Origin: Azolla caroliniana | Lineage: Eukaryota; Plantae; Polypodiophyta | Direction of reading: 5' to 3' | NCBI GenBank assembly: GCA_043228905.1 | Contig: JBHGNT010000017.1 | Span: forward strand, 8,122,001 to 8,186,000 | DNA length: 64,000 nucleotides | Shown: piece by piece, positions 12,643-25,817 of the stretch | How positions within the stretch are numbered: the first letter of the stretch is position 1 | How the letters are laid out: every line of letters starts with the position of its first letter | Notes under the pieces: generated by a model | Seen by the model: only the letters and a program-made list of their open reading frames with translations | What the model was told of the DNA's origin: nothing | The model's database searches: none | Position numbers and translations under genes: made by a program

Positions 12643-13761
12643 ATGGAGTCCGTCAGCAAGCAAGAATATATGCGTGTTCTCTCCGAGCTCGAAATGCTAA
12701 CAACCAAATTCGTGGCACTAGAGCATGAAAATCAAAGATTGTTGGGAGACTTACAACAAGTAAGTGCTGAAAAAGTACAACAATATGAAGAATTATCTCA
12801 ACGGGTGCATCAATTGGAGACTACTCTATTGCAACGACAAGCGGCGGAAGTTCAAACCTCGCCGAAGGAACCCAAGATTAGTCTGTCGGCCAAGTTTGAT
12901 GGTACAAGGTCTCAGTTTCGTGGATTTTTAAATCAGGTACGGCTTGTGATTAAATTGCATCCTAGTCGTTACCCAACTGATGTTGCTCGTGTGGGTTTAG
13001 TTGGTACCTTGTTAACGGGTACCGCATTAGCGTGGTTTGCACCACTCCTAGAGAAGCACTCACCATTATTAGAAGATTTTGAAGGGTTTATTAATGAGTT
13101 CCAAGCCAACTTTGGAGACACTGATAGTATGAGGACTGCAATAAATAAAATTCGGCGATTACGACAAGGAGATCGTCCTGCTTCCGCTTATGCTGCAGAT
13201 TTTCGCCTTCTAGCATGTGATATTCCATGGGACGAGGCAGCATTAATGGACCAATTTCTTCAAGGTCTGCGCAATGATGTGAAGGATTTACTTCTTACCT
13301 TCCATGATGATCCAAAATCTCTTACTGAAGCAGTAAGCCGGGCCGTGCGATGTGACAATCGCTTATTTGAGCGGCGTTCTGAGCGCCAACAAATGTTACA
13401 TTTTCGACCAACAGAAACATATGCTTCGGTGGTTGCAACTCCACCCCAAGTATCAAAGTCAAGTGTGGTGGAAGGCCCTACTCCAATGGAAATCAAGACA
13501 ACACGACGTCGAGGACCATTATCGGATGCTGAAAAGCAACGACGGCGAGCGAATCATCTATGCCTCTATTGTGGTGGTCCAGGGCATATTGCTGTGAGTT
13601 GTCCACATAAACCACGATGACAAGTTAACCAAGTAAGTGCTCATGACAATCCCATCTCAATTTCTTCCCCGCCTTCTCGTAACCCAAGTAGGCCTGGTAA
13701 TCCCTGTCATAAAAATACATTTGATGTCTTGAGCCAATTAGATGATGTGTTAAACGAGTAA
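12643..13761 (+). pseudogene. Chromovirus gag (PEG10/Tcn1-like capsid plus CCHC), premature TGA at 13618
   Basis: KFDGTRSQFRGFLNQ, LLTGTALAWF and CLYCGGPGHIAVSC. The frame continues to TAA at 13759-13761. Confidence 0.9.
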
Positions 13762-16700
13762 GTCCGGCCAAAATCGGAGCCATTTGGTTGGATAACCCTA
13801 GGCATGTAACGTTCGTCCCTAGTTGTGGTTCCATTTCATCCGGTCAAGCTAGTCGAGTTTTCTCTGCACAAGTTGAGCTTAACACATCTAGGTGCCATCG
13901 AGTCCCAGCTTCTGCCCTCTTAGACTCTGGAGCCAACTCTTGTTTCATGGATCGTGAGTTTGCTGTAATGCATAATATTCAGTTGCATAAGCTCCCAAGC
14001 CCAGTGTCAGTCGGAGTCATTGATGGACGCCCCATAGCATCAGGTGATATAGTTGAAGAGTTTGAACCAATTCATGTAGTCCTAGGCAATTTGGCTAGTG
14101 TCATCTCATTTAACATCATTAGTAGTCCAGAGCACTCCCTAGTTCTTGGTCTTCCATGGTTTGAGCTACATAACCCAACTATTGATTGGAGAAAAAGAAC
14201 CATCGAAGAAGTCACAATACATTCTGAGCCTCTTAAAACTCCAACAAAGGATATGACATTCCAAAAGATTTCGACAATCTCTATACATCAATTACGTGAG
14301 GAAGGACGAAAGGAAGACATGTTGGTGTTCGCAGTTTTAGCAACTCCCACATCGAGCTCACAAGAATCGGGGGTCCAACTACCAAAGAAATATATAGAAT
14401 TCTCCGATGTTTTTGATAAGGTGAAGGCCAATAGACTACCAGAGCATCGACCATATGATTGCCCGATTGATTTGCAGCCCGAAAAAGAGCCTCCATGGGG
14501 GCCAATTTATAACCTTTCACCCACAGAGTTAGAGGTTCTTCGGGAATATATTGATGAGAACTTGGCGAATGGGTTTATCCAGCATTCAAGATCTCCTGCC
14601 GGCGCACCCATATTTTTCGTTAAAAAGAAAGATGGTTCGCTTCGTCTGGTCGTGGATTATCGAGGATTGAATAAAGTAACTATTCGAAACCGATATGCTC
14701 TACCATTGATTTCGAGCCTTCTGGAACACCTCAATGGAGCTAAGTATTTCACAAAGTTAGATCTTTGAGGTGCTTACAATCTTGTTCGAATTCGTCCTGG
14801 GGATGAATGGAAGACTGCTTTTCGTACTCGCTATGGCCATTTTGAGTATACAGTGATGCCATTTGGTCTCACGAATGCACCAGCAGTTTTCCAACATATG
14901 GCGAATGACATTTTTCGAGATTTCCTCGATATTTTCGTCATAATTTACCTAGATGATATCTTGATCTACTCAAAAACTCAAGAGGATCATGATATACACG
15001 TTCGACAAGCTTTGCAACGGTTGCGTGAATATGGTCTCTATGCAAAATTGGAGAAGTGCAGCTTTGACCAACGTCAAGTGGAATTTTTGGGGTACATAAT
15101 CTCTTCACATGGCATCTCTATGGATCCAGCAAAGGTTCAAACAGTTTTGGATTGGCAAACACCACAGTCTATGCGAGATGTACAATGTTTTTTAGGGTTC
15201 GCAAACTTTTATCGCAAGTTCATCAAAGATTATTCAAAGATCGTATTGCCCCTCACTCAACTGACACAGAAGAATCAACCATTTGTGTGGAGTATAAATG
15301 CAAACTCTGCATTTGAAGGATTAAAGCAAGCATTTACATCCGCAACAATTTTGATGCATGTTGATCCATTGAAGCGCTTTATACTGGAAGCTGTTGCATC
15401 TAACTTCGCACTAGGAAGTGTATTATCCCAGATTAGCAATGATGGCCAACTGCACCCTGTGGCTTTTCATTCACGGAAATTCGAAGCTGCAGAAATCAAC
15501 TATGAGATTCACGACAAAGAGCTTCTTGCCATTGTGGATTCTTTTCAACAATGGCGTCATTTTTTGGAGGGTTCGTCTCAACAAATCATTGTCTATAATG
15601 ATCACAAAAATCTAACATACTTCCAAAGTGCTCGAGTCTTGAGTCGTCGACAAGCTCGTTGGGCGCAGTTTTTAACTCATTTTGATTTCGTAATTCTATA
15701 TCGCCCTGGGACGCAACAAGGCAAAGCAGATGCTTTATCTCGGCGTTCATATATGGAACTTCAACCAGGAGAGGCCGCATTTGAAAGTCAGAAGCAAATC
15801 CTCTTGGGTCCTGACCGTCTACGACTAATGGCTTTTCATGCTATAGACACACCCGAGGATTCAAGTCTTCTAGACTCCATTCGGGTGCATATTGAGACTG
15901 ATGAATTCGCCCAAGATATTCTGAGCCATATTATCCCAGATCGTGCTTCTTGTTCACAATCTCAAAATCCTCGTCAAGACTACAACCAGTTCAATTGGCA
16001 TGATGGTTTACTTTTTCGACAAAATCTCTTATATGTGCCTGATGGTCCTTCTTGACTCCAAGTCTTGCAACAATGTCATGATACACCAATGGCTGGACAT
16101 TTTGGCATCCACAAGACTTTGGCGTTAATTTCTCGAAGGTATTGGTGGCCACGACTTCGCCATTTTGTTACGGATTATGTTCGTAGTTGTGATACATGTT
16201 GCCGATCCAAAAAACCTCGACATCATCCATATGGCTTATTACAGCCAATGCCTATTCCTGAGAGTCCATGGAAATCTATTTCATTGGACTTCATTACGGA
16301 TCTACCACCTTCCAAGGGTTTTGATTCTATTCTCACGGTAGTAGATTGTTTTACCAAGATGGCACATTTTCTTCCCTGCACAAAGGCCATTACGAGCCAA
16401 GAGACAGCCGAGTTACTCATGCGAGAGGTGTTTCAGCATCATGGTCTTCCTGATGATATTATCAATGATCGGGGTCCCTAGTTCATCTCAAAATTTTGGC
16501 GGCACATGTTCAAACTCTTACATACTTCTTGCAAACTCTCTTCCGGCTACCATCCAGAAACTAACGGACAGAGCGAGCACACCAACCAAACAGCAGAACA
16601 ATATCTTCGTTGTTTTGTCAACTATCAACAAGATGATTGGGTTGATCTATTACATTTGGCGGAATTTCCTTACAACAACTCAGAACATTCTTCTACTGGA

Positions 16701-17393
16701 TATTCCCCATCTTTTGCAAACATTGGGTACCATCCTCGTTGGACTATGCTTGAACATTCCGAACTCCCGACAAACCCGGCTACTGAAGATCGGCTCACCC
16801 GACTCCAAGAAGTTCAAGATATCCTTTTGCACCATTTATGTGATGCTCAAAACACTCAAAAGAAGGTTGTCGACCGTCATCGACGTGATTCATCAACTAC
16901 GTTTCAAGTGGGGGATCGAGTATGGCTTTTACAAGGTCGCATTAAAACAACCCGAGCTAGCTGCAAATTGGATTATCAACGTTTTGGCCCATATGTGATA
17001 TCTGGTAAGATCAATGATGTGGCATTTCCCCTTGATCTTCCCCCTCATATGCATCTTCACCCAGTCTTCCATGTTTCACTTTTGGAGCCGTACACAACCA
17101 GCTCTATTCCAGGCCGTCTTACATCTCCCCCACCTCCAATCGAAATTTTGGATGGCTCCGAATATGAAGTTGCTGCCATTCTCGACTCCAAGATCGTTCG
17201 CAACAAACTGTATTATTTGGTTGACTGGTTAGGTTATACACCTAATGATCGAACATGGGAACCTCTTGAGAATCTTGCTAATGCCTCCGAAATGGTTGCT
17301 GCATTTCACAACAAATATCCTCATAAGCCAAGTCCGAAATCTTGTCTTCCGACTCGTGGAACTCGTCGTCGAAAAGGGGGGATAATGTCATGA
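13755..17393 (+). pseudogene. Chromovirus pol (protease, RT, RNase H, integrase, chromodomain) in the -1 frame, with three in-frame stops
   Basis: [54 protein letters not shown] motif and YEVAAILDS...YLVDWLGY...TWEP. Confidence 0.92.
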
Positions 17394-17939
17394 CGACATA
17401 CATTTTGGCCTTACAAGGATTCGAGCTCAAGACATTTTGGTCTATATGTTAGACCTTTAACCATTATACTAACATATATGATGTATAGTTATTATTAGTT
17501 ATTACAAGACATTTAGAGTATTCTAGAACATTCTAGGATATTCCATGATTATATTAAATATCATAAATATCTAAAATTCTAGAACATTCCAGAATACTCC
17601 ATAAGGACCTATAAATAGGTGTCTATTCATTCATCACAACTCATTCGGTTCAACACCAGTTTGTAGCCCCTTAGCCTACTCTTTGTAATCCTTGCTCTCT
17701 TATAATATAAACTCTCTTTCCATTTCTAGTGTTCTTTCTCTCTCTCTCTCTCCCTCTACCTTCTATTGTCATCTTATTTTTCTCTCTCCTATTCTCAAGT
17801 CACGACAATTATCACCAAAATCTTGTACCTACAAAAACAACATGAGTGTACTCTCTACCTCTCCTCATGAAAATATGCTTCAACCCCCACCAACATCATC
17901 ACTCATCCTTATCTAAACTAAAAAAACATGCTTCATTGT

Positions 17940-20900
17940 TGTTGAGAGACAAGCTCAACATCGGCCGGATCGGCTGAAGAAGCTGAGGACCGGATCGGTT
18001 GGGACCGATCGGTTAGGCCGAGTGCATAAACCGGGAGGTCATTAGGAAAGATATTCTGTGAGGAATATATTTGGGAGTTAGTGTAGGAGCTCTTGATGAG
18101 CATTGAAGTACTGTCAGTACTTCGGTCAGTCCTTCTAGGACTTCTATAAAAGTGTTCACTGAGCACGTCTTATGTACAGACTGAGTATTATTGTTGAATA
18201 TATTTTTTGTGTCTTCTCTCTCACTCTCTCTGTCTCTCCTGCGTATATCATGTAAGCTCAAGCTCTCCATTGAACCTGAGTTTCCTTCCTTCAGTTCGGT
18301 CTTCATACCTGCTTCTGCACGCTACTTTCTACATGGTATCAGAGCGCGAGGGTTGAGAACCTCTCTGCCGACACAGCTTGACGAAGAAGAACGAGAAGAA
18401 CGATGGAAGAGGCATGGCAAGCTCGCTTCCAACAGAGAAGCTCAACAAAACCAACTGCGCGTCTTGGTCCTACAAGATGCACCAGTACCTGCTCGGGCAC
18501 GGCTACTGGAGTTATGCCGAAGGAGCTAATGACACGGCACCCGAATCGACACACAGAGACTTCCCGTCGTGGGAGCAATCGGCGAGTAGGGTATTATACT
18601 GCTTCGCGTCGTGTGTGGGCGAACAGCTATTGAGCTATGTTCGGGATGCAAAGACGCCGAAGGGTGCGTGGGAAAATCTGAAGAAGATTTTCGCCGCGAG
18701 CACCATAGCTAGGAAGCTTCAGCTCCGACAGGAGTTGAGCAACCTACGACAACGCGACTTGTCGGTGACGGACTATACCTCGAAGATCAAGGATATCTGC
18801 GACTCCCTCGCCTCCATAGAGGTGAACATCGAGGAGACCAAGATGGTCCAGATCTGTCTCGGAGGTTTGGGGTCGAAGTTCGGAGCGTTCCGAACGGTTG
18901 TGTGTACCTGGGAGAATACGCCGTCCTTCTTTGACTTACAGTCAATGCTCCTGGTAGAGGAGAACCACGCGGGTGCGTCTACAAGCACGACACCGACAGC
19001 AGAATGCTATACATGGAGGGAGATAGGCCCTGTGGACGTGGCGGACGAGGTGAGTCGGCGCGCAATGGAGGCGGCCGACGAGATCAGGGAAGAAGGCACC
19101 GAAGTGATGCCGACAGCAACTCCGGACCCTTCAGAAACAGGGGGAGTCGAAGCGATGAGAACCGGCAAGGGAAGTCCATCGCGGAGTGCTGGTACTATGG
19201 CAAGAAAGGCCACAGGGAAAGTGAGTGCTGGAAGAAGCGCGCCGATTCGGAGAGAACTGGTTTCGGGAACGGCTCCAGACATACCGACAAGGGAAATCGG
19301 CAGCGATCGAACTACGTCGAAGACTCCGGGAGAGCTGGAGAAGGGATTGCCTTCGTGACGAGACACGAAGCAAACTCAATGAAGCAGACCACCCCGAGAT
19401 CGGACGAGGTGTGGTACGTAGACTCCGGCGCGTCAAACCACATGACGAGCCATAAGGAGTGGTTCTCGTACCTTGAAAAACCGATACAACCTGGAGTAGT
19501 CGCAACAGGAGACGACACTCCGCATCCGATCGCGAATGTCGGAGAAGTTCCCCTTAGCCATGTCAGGCAGAAAGGGAAACTCATGAATGTGTTGCACGTC
19601 CCAACAATCACGAAAAACTTGGTCTCGGTCGGACAGATCGTCGACCAAGGGATGGAGGTTCGGTTTACACACCTCGGGTGCTTCATTGAGGAAGAAGGCC
19701 TTGTGATTGCGCAAGGGCGCAGAGACGGGAGGATGTTCATCCTCGACTCCACTGACGGCGGCACCGCAATGTTCGCGAAGGGACAAAAGACCAAGTCGGA
19801 CATCGACTTGTGGCACTAGCGGATAGGCCACGTCAACCACCAACGGCTTCAAGATCTGCAATCGAAACAGGTAGTGTTCGGATTGCCCAAGTTTAGTGGC
19901 CGAAAGGCACAAATTTGTGAAGCCTGCCAGCTCGGGAAGCAACACCGACTTCCTTTCCCCAACGAGCGAAACCGGAGCCGGAACAAACTCGACCTTATAC
20001 ACTCCGATGTGTGGGGGCCGGCACAAAACGTTAGTCTTGGCGGGAGCCGATATTTCGTCTCCTTCATCGACGACCACACGCGGCACACGTGGATCTACCT
20101 CATTGAGAGGAAGAGCGAAGTCTTCAACTGTTTCCGGGACCTCAAAGGGTTCGTGGAAACCAAAACGGGACGAAAGATCAAGTACCTGCGGTCGGATGGC
20201 GGGAAAGAGTACTTTTCCGGTCAATTCAACGGTTACCTACAACAAATGGGAATTCGCCACGAATTCAGTTGTAGATACACGCCGGAGCAGAACGGCGTGG
20301 CCGAGAGAAAGAATCGGTCGATTGTGGAAGCGGCACGGGCAATGCTGGAGGAGAAGAGCTTGCCCAAATTCTACTGGGCCGAGGCGGTAAGGACCGCGGT
20401 ATACATCCACAACCGGATCGGAGACAAAGTGTCAGCGCACGAGCTATATTTCGGAACGAAGCCGAACTTGCGACACTTGAGGGTGTTCGGTAGCATTGCA
20501 TATGCCGAAGGAGAAAAGGAGGAAGCTGGACGCAAAGGCCGAGAAATGCATCTTGGTTGGTTACTCGGACGAGCAGAAGGGTTATAAGTGTTATAACCCT
20601 CGCACCAAACAAGCGTGTGTCAGCCGCGACATTGTGTTTGACGAGTCCGCGTCCTGGTACCAGCCCCCGACTCCGAACCCCGACTCCAATCTGAGCTCTA
20701 ACGATGAGGTCAGAGAGGCCGAGATGCCTCCGGATGAGCCCGAAATCGAGACCCGCGACGAGAGCCCGATTTCACTCCGGTTAAGTGGACCGATTGGACG
20801 ACTGAGTCGGTACGACCAGTCCGATGAAGAGTCGGCGAGTAGTGGAGACTCGGCCGTGCATTCCCCGCGCAGGAAGCCGAGGAGACGGCTTACGCGCAAA

Positions 20901-23438
20901 GAGAAAGGGAAGAAGAAGGTGTCGGATTCCGACACGGATAGGAACGAGTCAGACCAACGCGAGTCCGACTCCGAGGGAACCGGTGACGGGTCCTTAAAGG
21001 TGAAGACCGCGTCGACCGAGAAGGCCTCGACATCGGCTAATGTGAGATTACGTCGATCTACCCGCCAGAAGAACCCTGTTTTGCGGTTCGGATACAATGA
21101 GTACATGGCGCATCATCGGGTGTAGGTGGGTGTATAAGGTCAAGTACAACATCGATGGCTCCGTTAACCGGTACAAGGCTCGGCTAGTGGCAAAGGGCTA
21201 CGCGCAGAAACACGGCATCGACTACGATGAGACGTTTGTGCCGGTCGCGAAAATGACGATCGTCCGTGTTTTGCTTGCAGTAGCTGCGGCCAAGGGGTGG
21301 CACCTACATCAAATGGATGTCAAGAATGCGTTCCTGCAAGGTGACCTTGAGGAACAGGTGTACATGGTACAGCCCCCCGGATTTCACTCTGGAACGAACT
21401 CCTCGGCAGTATGCCGACTGAAGAAGTTCCTTTACGGACTGAAGCAAGCCCCGCGTGCCTGGAACGCGAAGATCACGCAACAACTGCGTCGGATGGGCTT
21501 CGTCACGACAAAATCAGACTCTTCCCTGTTCATCCGGAAAGGTCGACTCGGACCGGTTAGTATTTTACTATATGTTGATGACTTGGTCATCACCGGCGCT
21601 GACCTAGGTGAAATCGACCGGGTGAAGCTCCAACTTGCGGCATCGTTCGACATGAAGGATCTGGGGGACTTCATTACTTCCTCGGGATCGAAGTGATCCG
21701 TACCCCCGAAGGCATATTGATCAGCCAATGACATTACGTGCTGGGTATGCTCTTCAAACTCAGGATGGCCGACTATAAGTCCGTCTTGACTCCTCTGGAC
21801 AGAACCGTCAAGCTTCGTCCCGATACGGGAAAGATATGCGACCCGACAAGGTTCCGCCAAATTGTCGGAAGCCTCATATACTTGACCATCACCCGACCCG
21901 ACCTCAGTTATCCGGTCGGGGTGATCAGTCAGTTCATGGCGCGACCTACCGAGGAGCACCTTCAGTGTGCGGAACGCATACTTCAATATGTCAACGGCAC
22001 TAAGGACCGGGGACTGCTATATCGGACCGGTGCAGCCGCGCAGTTAGTCGGCTACACCGATGCTGATTGGGTTGGCAACGTCGCCGATCGCCAATCCACG
22101 TCTACATACGCGTTCTCCCTCGGGAGTGCCGCGATCACGTGGAGCAGTAAGAAGTAGCCGACAGTTGCACTGTCGAGCACCGAAGTCGAGTACCGAGGAG
22201 CGGCTGTCGCGACATGCGAAGCCATATGGTTGAAGCGGCTACTTAAGGACCTACAAGAGGAGGTGTTTGATCCAACGACGATCTATTGCAACAACCTCAG
22301 CAGCATCCAACTCGCAAAGAACCCCGTCTTCCATGCACGGACCAAGCACTTTGAGGTGCACTACCATTTCGTCCGTGAGCGTGTCCTTTCCGGTGAAGTC
22401 GAACTTCAGTACGTTCCGATGGATCGGCAGGCTGCCGACATCTTCACCAAGCCTCTTGGTCTGGACAAGTTGCGGCAATTCTCGGGTGCGCTCAGGTTGT
22501 GTCACCTCAACGTGCCAAACTTGAGGGGGAGAAAAGTTCCGTACGAACAAGCAAGGCAGCAGGAAAGGAGCGGAGACCGCGACACCGAGTCGGTTGTCGA
22601 GCTCGACTTCGGATCGGCTGAAGAAGCCGAGGGCGGACCCGCGGAAAAGTTCGGAAGCGAACAGAAGGGGAGCAACCGAAGCAGAGAGCCGAAGCCAACC
22701 ACGCATGAGGAAGATGACGCCACCGAGGGCGAGAAGACCGAAGACGAGTTGGAGAAAGACAACTCAGACGAGAGCGAAAACCGATCGGAGGTAGCCGAGT
22801 CGGTTCGGATGTTTGATTCAGACACGCTGAATCAACCGAGGCCCAAGCGGAAGAAAAGGCAGTAGAAGAAGCGTCAACACCGCAACAATAGAAGAGCTGA
22901 TGAGGGCCACATGAGCAGACAAGCCGACCGGAAGGGTCGAAGCGCGCGGAGTCGAACAGGTCGAGGAGCGCGAGCGAGGCGAGAAGCTAGGAGGAACCGG
23001 TGCTGTGAAGATCCCGAAGAGCCTCAAGTTGAGCTTGAGGGGGAGTGTTGAGAGACAAGCTCAACATCGGCCGGATCGGCTGAAGAAGCCGAGGACCAGA
23101 TCGGTTAGGACCGATCGGTTAGGCCAGTGCATAAACCGGGAGGTCGTTAGGAAAGATATTCCGTGAGGAATATATTTGGGAGTTAGTGTAGGAGCTCTTG
23201 ATGAGCATTGAAGTATTGTCAGTACTTCGGTCAGTCCTTCTAGGACTTGTATAAAAGTGTTCACTGAGCACGTCTTATGTACAGACTGAGTATTATTGTT
23301 GAATATATTTTTTGTGTCTTCTCTCTCAGTCTCTCTGTCTCTCCTGCGTATACCGTGTAAGCTCAAGCTCTCCATTGAACCTGAGTTTCCTTCCTTCAGT
23401 TCGGTCTTCATACCTGCTTCTGCACGCTACTTTCTACA
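17940..23438 (+). mobile_element. Near full-length Ty1/copia LTR retrotransposon (frameshifts, small deletion at the RT start)
   Basis: LTRs 17940-18333 and 23046-23438, TSD ATTGT, PBS 18334-18345, PPT 23034-23045. Motifs WYVDSGASNHMT, LIHSDVWGP, LRSDGGKEY, YVDDL and GYTDADW. Confidence 0.95.
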
Positions 23439-23964
23439 ATTGTCCGCATCAACCATCTCAGGGATTACCGCCAAAATCGTCTTACATCAATAGTCTAACC
23501 ATCTCGTTGATTACCACCAAAATCATGTACTACTGAAAACAACAAATGAGTCTAAAAAAACTTCCCCTCGCCTCCTGATAATATGCCTCAAGCCCCACAC
23601 CATCATTACTCATCCTGATCAAAAATCAAAAAATCAGCTTCCTCGAGTCCACATCAACCATCTCGTTGTTGCCGATTATCACCAAAATCTTGTACCTACA
23701 AAAACAACATGAGTGTACTCTCTACCTCTCCTCATGAAAATTTGCTTCAACCCCTGCCAACATCATTACTCATCCTTATCTAAACTAAAAAATATGCTTC
23801 ATTGTCCACATCAACCATGTTAGAGATTACCGCCAAAATCGTCCCCATTCCTATATGCCACAACCACCTCCTCCATCTTAACTCACGTTCTTAGCTACGT
23901 CCACTTAACATCAACGCCTGCATCCAGCATGATAGGAATAGATGACCAGACTCGTTGAATTCTC

Positions 23965-25070
23965 CTTCTTTTTTTCGATTAGCTTACAATTTTTTATGTA
24001 CAATGATGTACAATAATCCGAAGACCAAAGGTAAGACCAAAGATAGGACTTTGTAGAAGGTGTTAGAATTTGTTGTTGCACACTACCATGATTTACTGAT
24101 ATTCAAGAAAGGGTCCATGGAAGTAGATAGTGCCATTGAGGCCCTTGAGTTGACTCTGTAAACAGGGGGCAACTTTTTCCATAAGTGAAGAAGCTTCTTC
24201 CTTCTCTTATTCACAGTCTCTGGGCAACCATGCATATTGTCATACTGGCCACGAACTACTACCAGCAAGTTCTCCCATATCTCAAGAAAGACATCTCAGA
24301 GACGTTGATCAGCCACATCATAAAGTCAGTTGCATCGACATTTCCATAATGCCCATAATGTTATGGTAGTCACTGTTTTCCAAACCTGGATAGATCGTAC
24401 CTACTTTCGAGGTTGTTGAAAGGGGCTAACTAATATCAATCTTCTTTTATGTACCATCATTGCCTCCTGAACATCGTTTGCCTCATACAACATCAAGCTG
24501 GAATGTAACACTCCCCACGTCATTGATCCCCATGAAAATAGGCAACTGACATTGATTGTTAAGAATAATGAAAGGACTTTATTCCATACTTGTTGAGCCA
24601 AGGGACAGGACCAAGGACATGCTTGGGCAGTCTCCTGAGCTTCATGGCAGAAGGCACATTGTCGACGATTGGGTATTACATTCCCTTTCAATGAATGACC
24701 AACTGGTAATGCCGTATGCACTAATAGCCATATGAAGAGAATAAATTTAGTTGGCCCCTTAAATGACCAAATCCATCTCCAATAGGTTTTCAAATGCAAA
24801 GTTGAGACCCCCCCAGGTGGTCCAATGTTTCTGAGTTGCTGGTATCGTTGCATTCCGAGAGAGCAGTAATGATGTTCCAAGTTTTACTGAGTACTGAAAG
24901 AATGGAACCTTTATGATCTGTTCCCCCAAGGAATGTGAACACACCCAACCCCTTGGATCCCATGTTAATATTGCAACAGGGTCTTTTGTGTACAACCACA
25001 ACATATCACACATATGAGCAATTGAAGGATAAGGATCAAGCATCCATTTATATGTTCAGAATTTGATCCC
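23965..25070 (-). mobile_element. 5'-truncated L1-type LINE remnant (zf-RVT C-terminus)
   Basis: WRWIWSFKGPTKFILFIWLLVHTALPVG...CAFCHEAQETAQAC..SCPLAQQVW, with an A-rich tail on the minus strand near 23965-23995. Confidence 0.75.
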
Positions 25071-25139
25071 CACACAAGACTTAAGCATTAGATTTAAACT
25101 ATGCAAGATGCCTAGACAATCAAAAATCGACCTCTATCT

Positions 25140-25817
25140 ACTTCTTCCAATTTGTAGGTGGAGCAATCTCGTGGAGCTCTAAGTTTCAAGATTGCATAAT
25201 GACCTCAACGATTGAAGCAAAATATGTACTACATCCGATGCAACTAGGGAAGCACTATCACTCAATTGACTAGCTCGCACAATTTGACAAATCGTCTCCA
25301 ACTCAACTTTGATATTATATAGTAATAGTGAGGGTATCATCCCTTTGATGACGAATCCAGTCCATCATTTAGCATCAAAACATATAGAGATATGATATCC
25401 CTTTGTCATGGAATATTTCACCAAGAATAGACTTGTCATAAAAAATATTTCAACACTTGTCAATATAAATGATACCATGACCAAAAGTTTTCCAACAAAT
25501 GAATTCCAATCTTTGCGCATTCAAATGGGCTTGAAGCCTATTCCAATGTTAAATAGTTGTGTCAGCTACATTGCATATGCCCATTATGGGGAAGTGTTAC
25601 ATTGTAGTGTGAGTGTGTTAGTGTGCTAATAGACACGTGCATATGTGCATACATATTATGTGGGATATTTACGTAATTAGTCTAAAGGGTTGAGTTAACC
25701 CTAATATGTATCTTTGGTTGATTTTGAATATAGTGAATTGTAATTTTTTGTGCTTAGACTATGTTTTAGTCACACTCTCTTGCTCCATCCCACACTCTCA
25801 TTGCTCTTCTCCCACAA
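25140..25817 (+). mobile_element. Degenerate copia RNase H with probable PPT and short 3' LTR
   Basis: GGAISWSSKFQ, STIEAKY and NPVHHLASKHIEI. GGGGAAG is followed by TGTTAC near 25590. Confidence 0.6.

Larger units (their letters stand above)
12126..17807 (+). mobile_element. Full-length Ty3/gypsy chromovirus (Tcn1-like)
   Basis: Near-identical LTRs 12126-12549 and 17386-17807 (TGTC...GACA), TSD ATTAT, PPT 17371-17385. Domain order is gag-PR-RT-RH-INT-chromodomain. Confidence 0.95.
11820..23850. repeat. Degenerate tandem array (pieces ~11820-12125, 17808-17939, 23439-23850) split by two LTR insertions
   Basis: Recurrent blocks CACCATCATCACTCATCC, GTCCACATCAACCATCTC and ATCACCAAAATCTTGTAC. 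Uninterrupted versions of both insertion sites occur near 23675 and 23800. Confidence 0.75.

Noticed and set aside
19007-22825. Long antisense ORFs in the copia element
   Set aside because: Shadow ORFs of GC-rich coding sequence with no recognisable motifs.
22520-22865. env-like gene
   Set aside because: The tail is hydrophilic and acidic, with no transmembrane segment or separate ORF.
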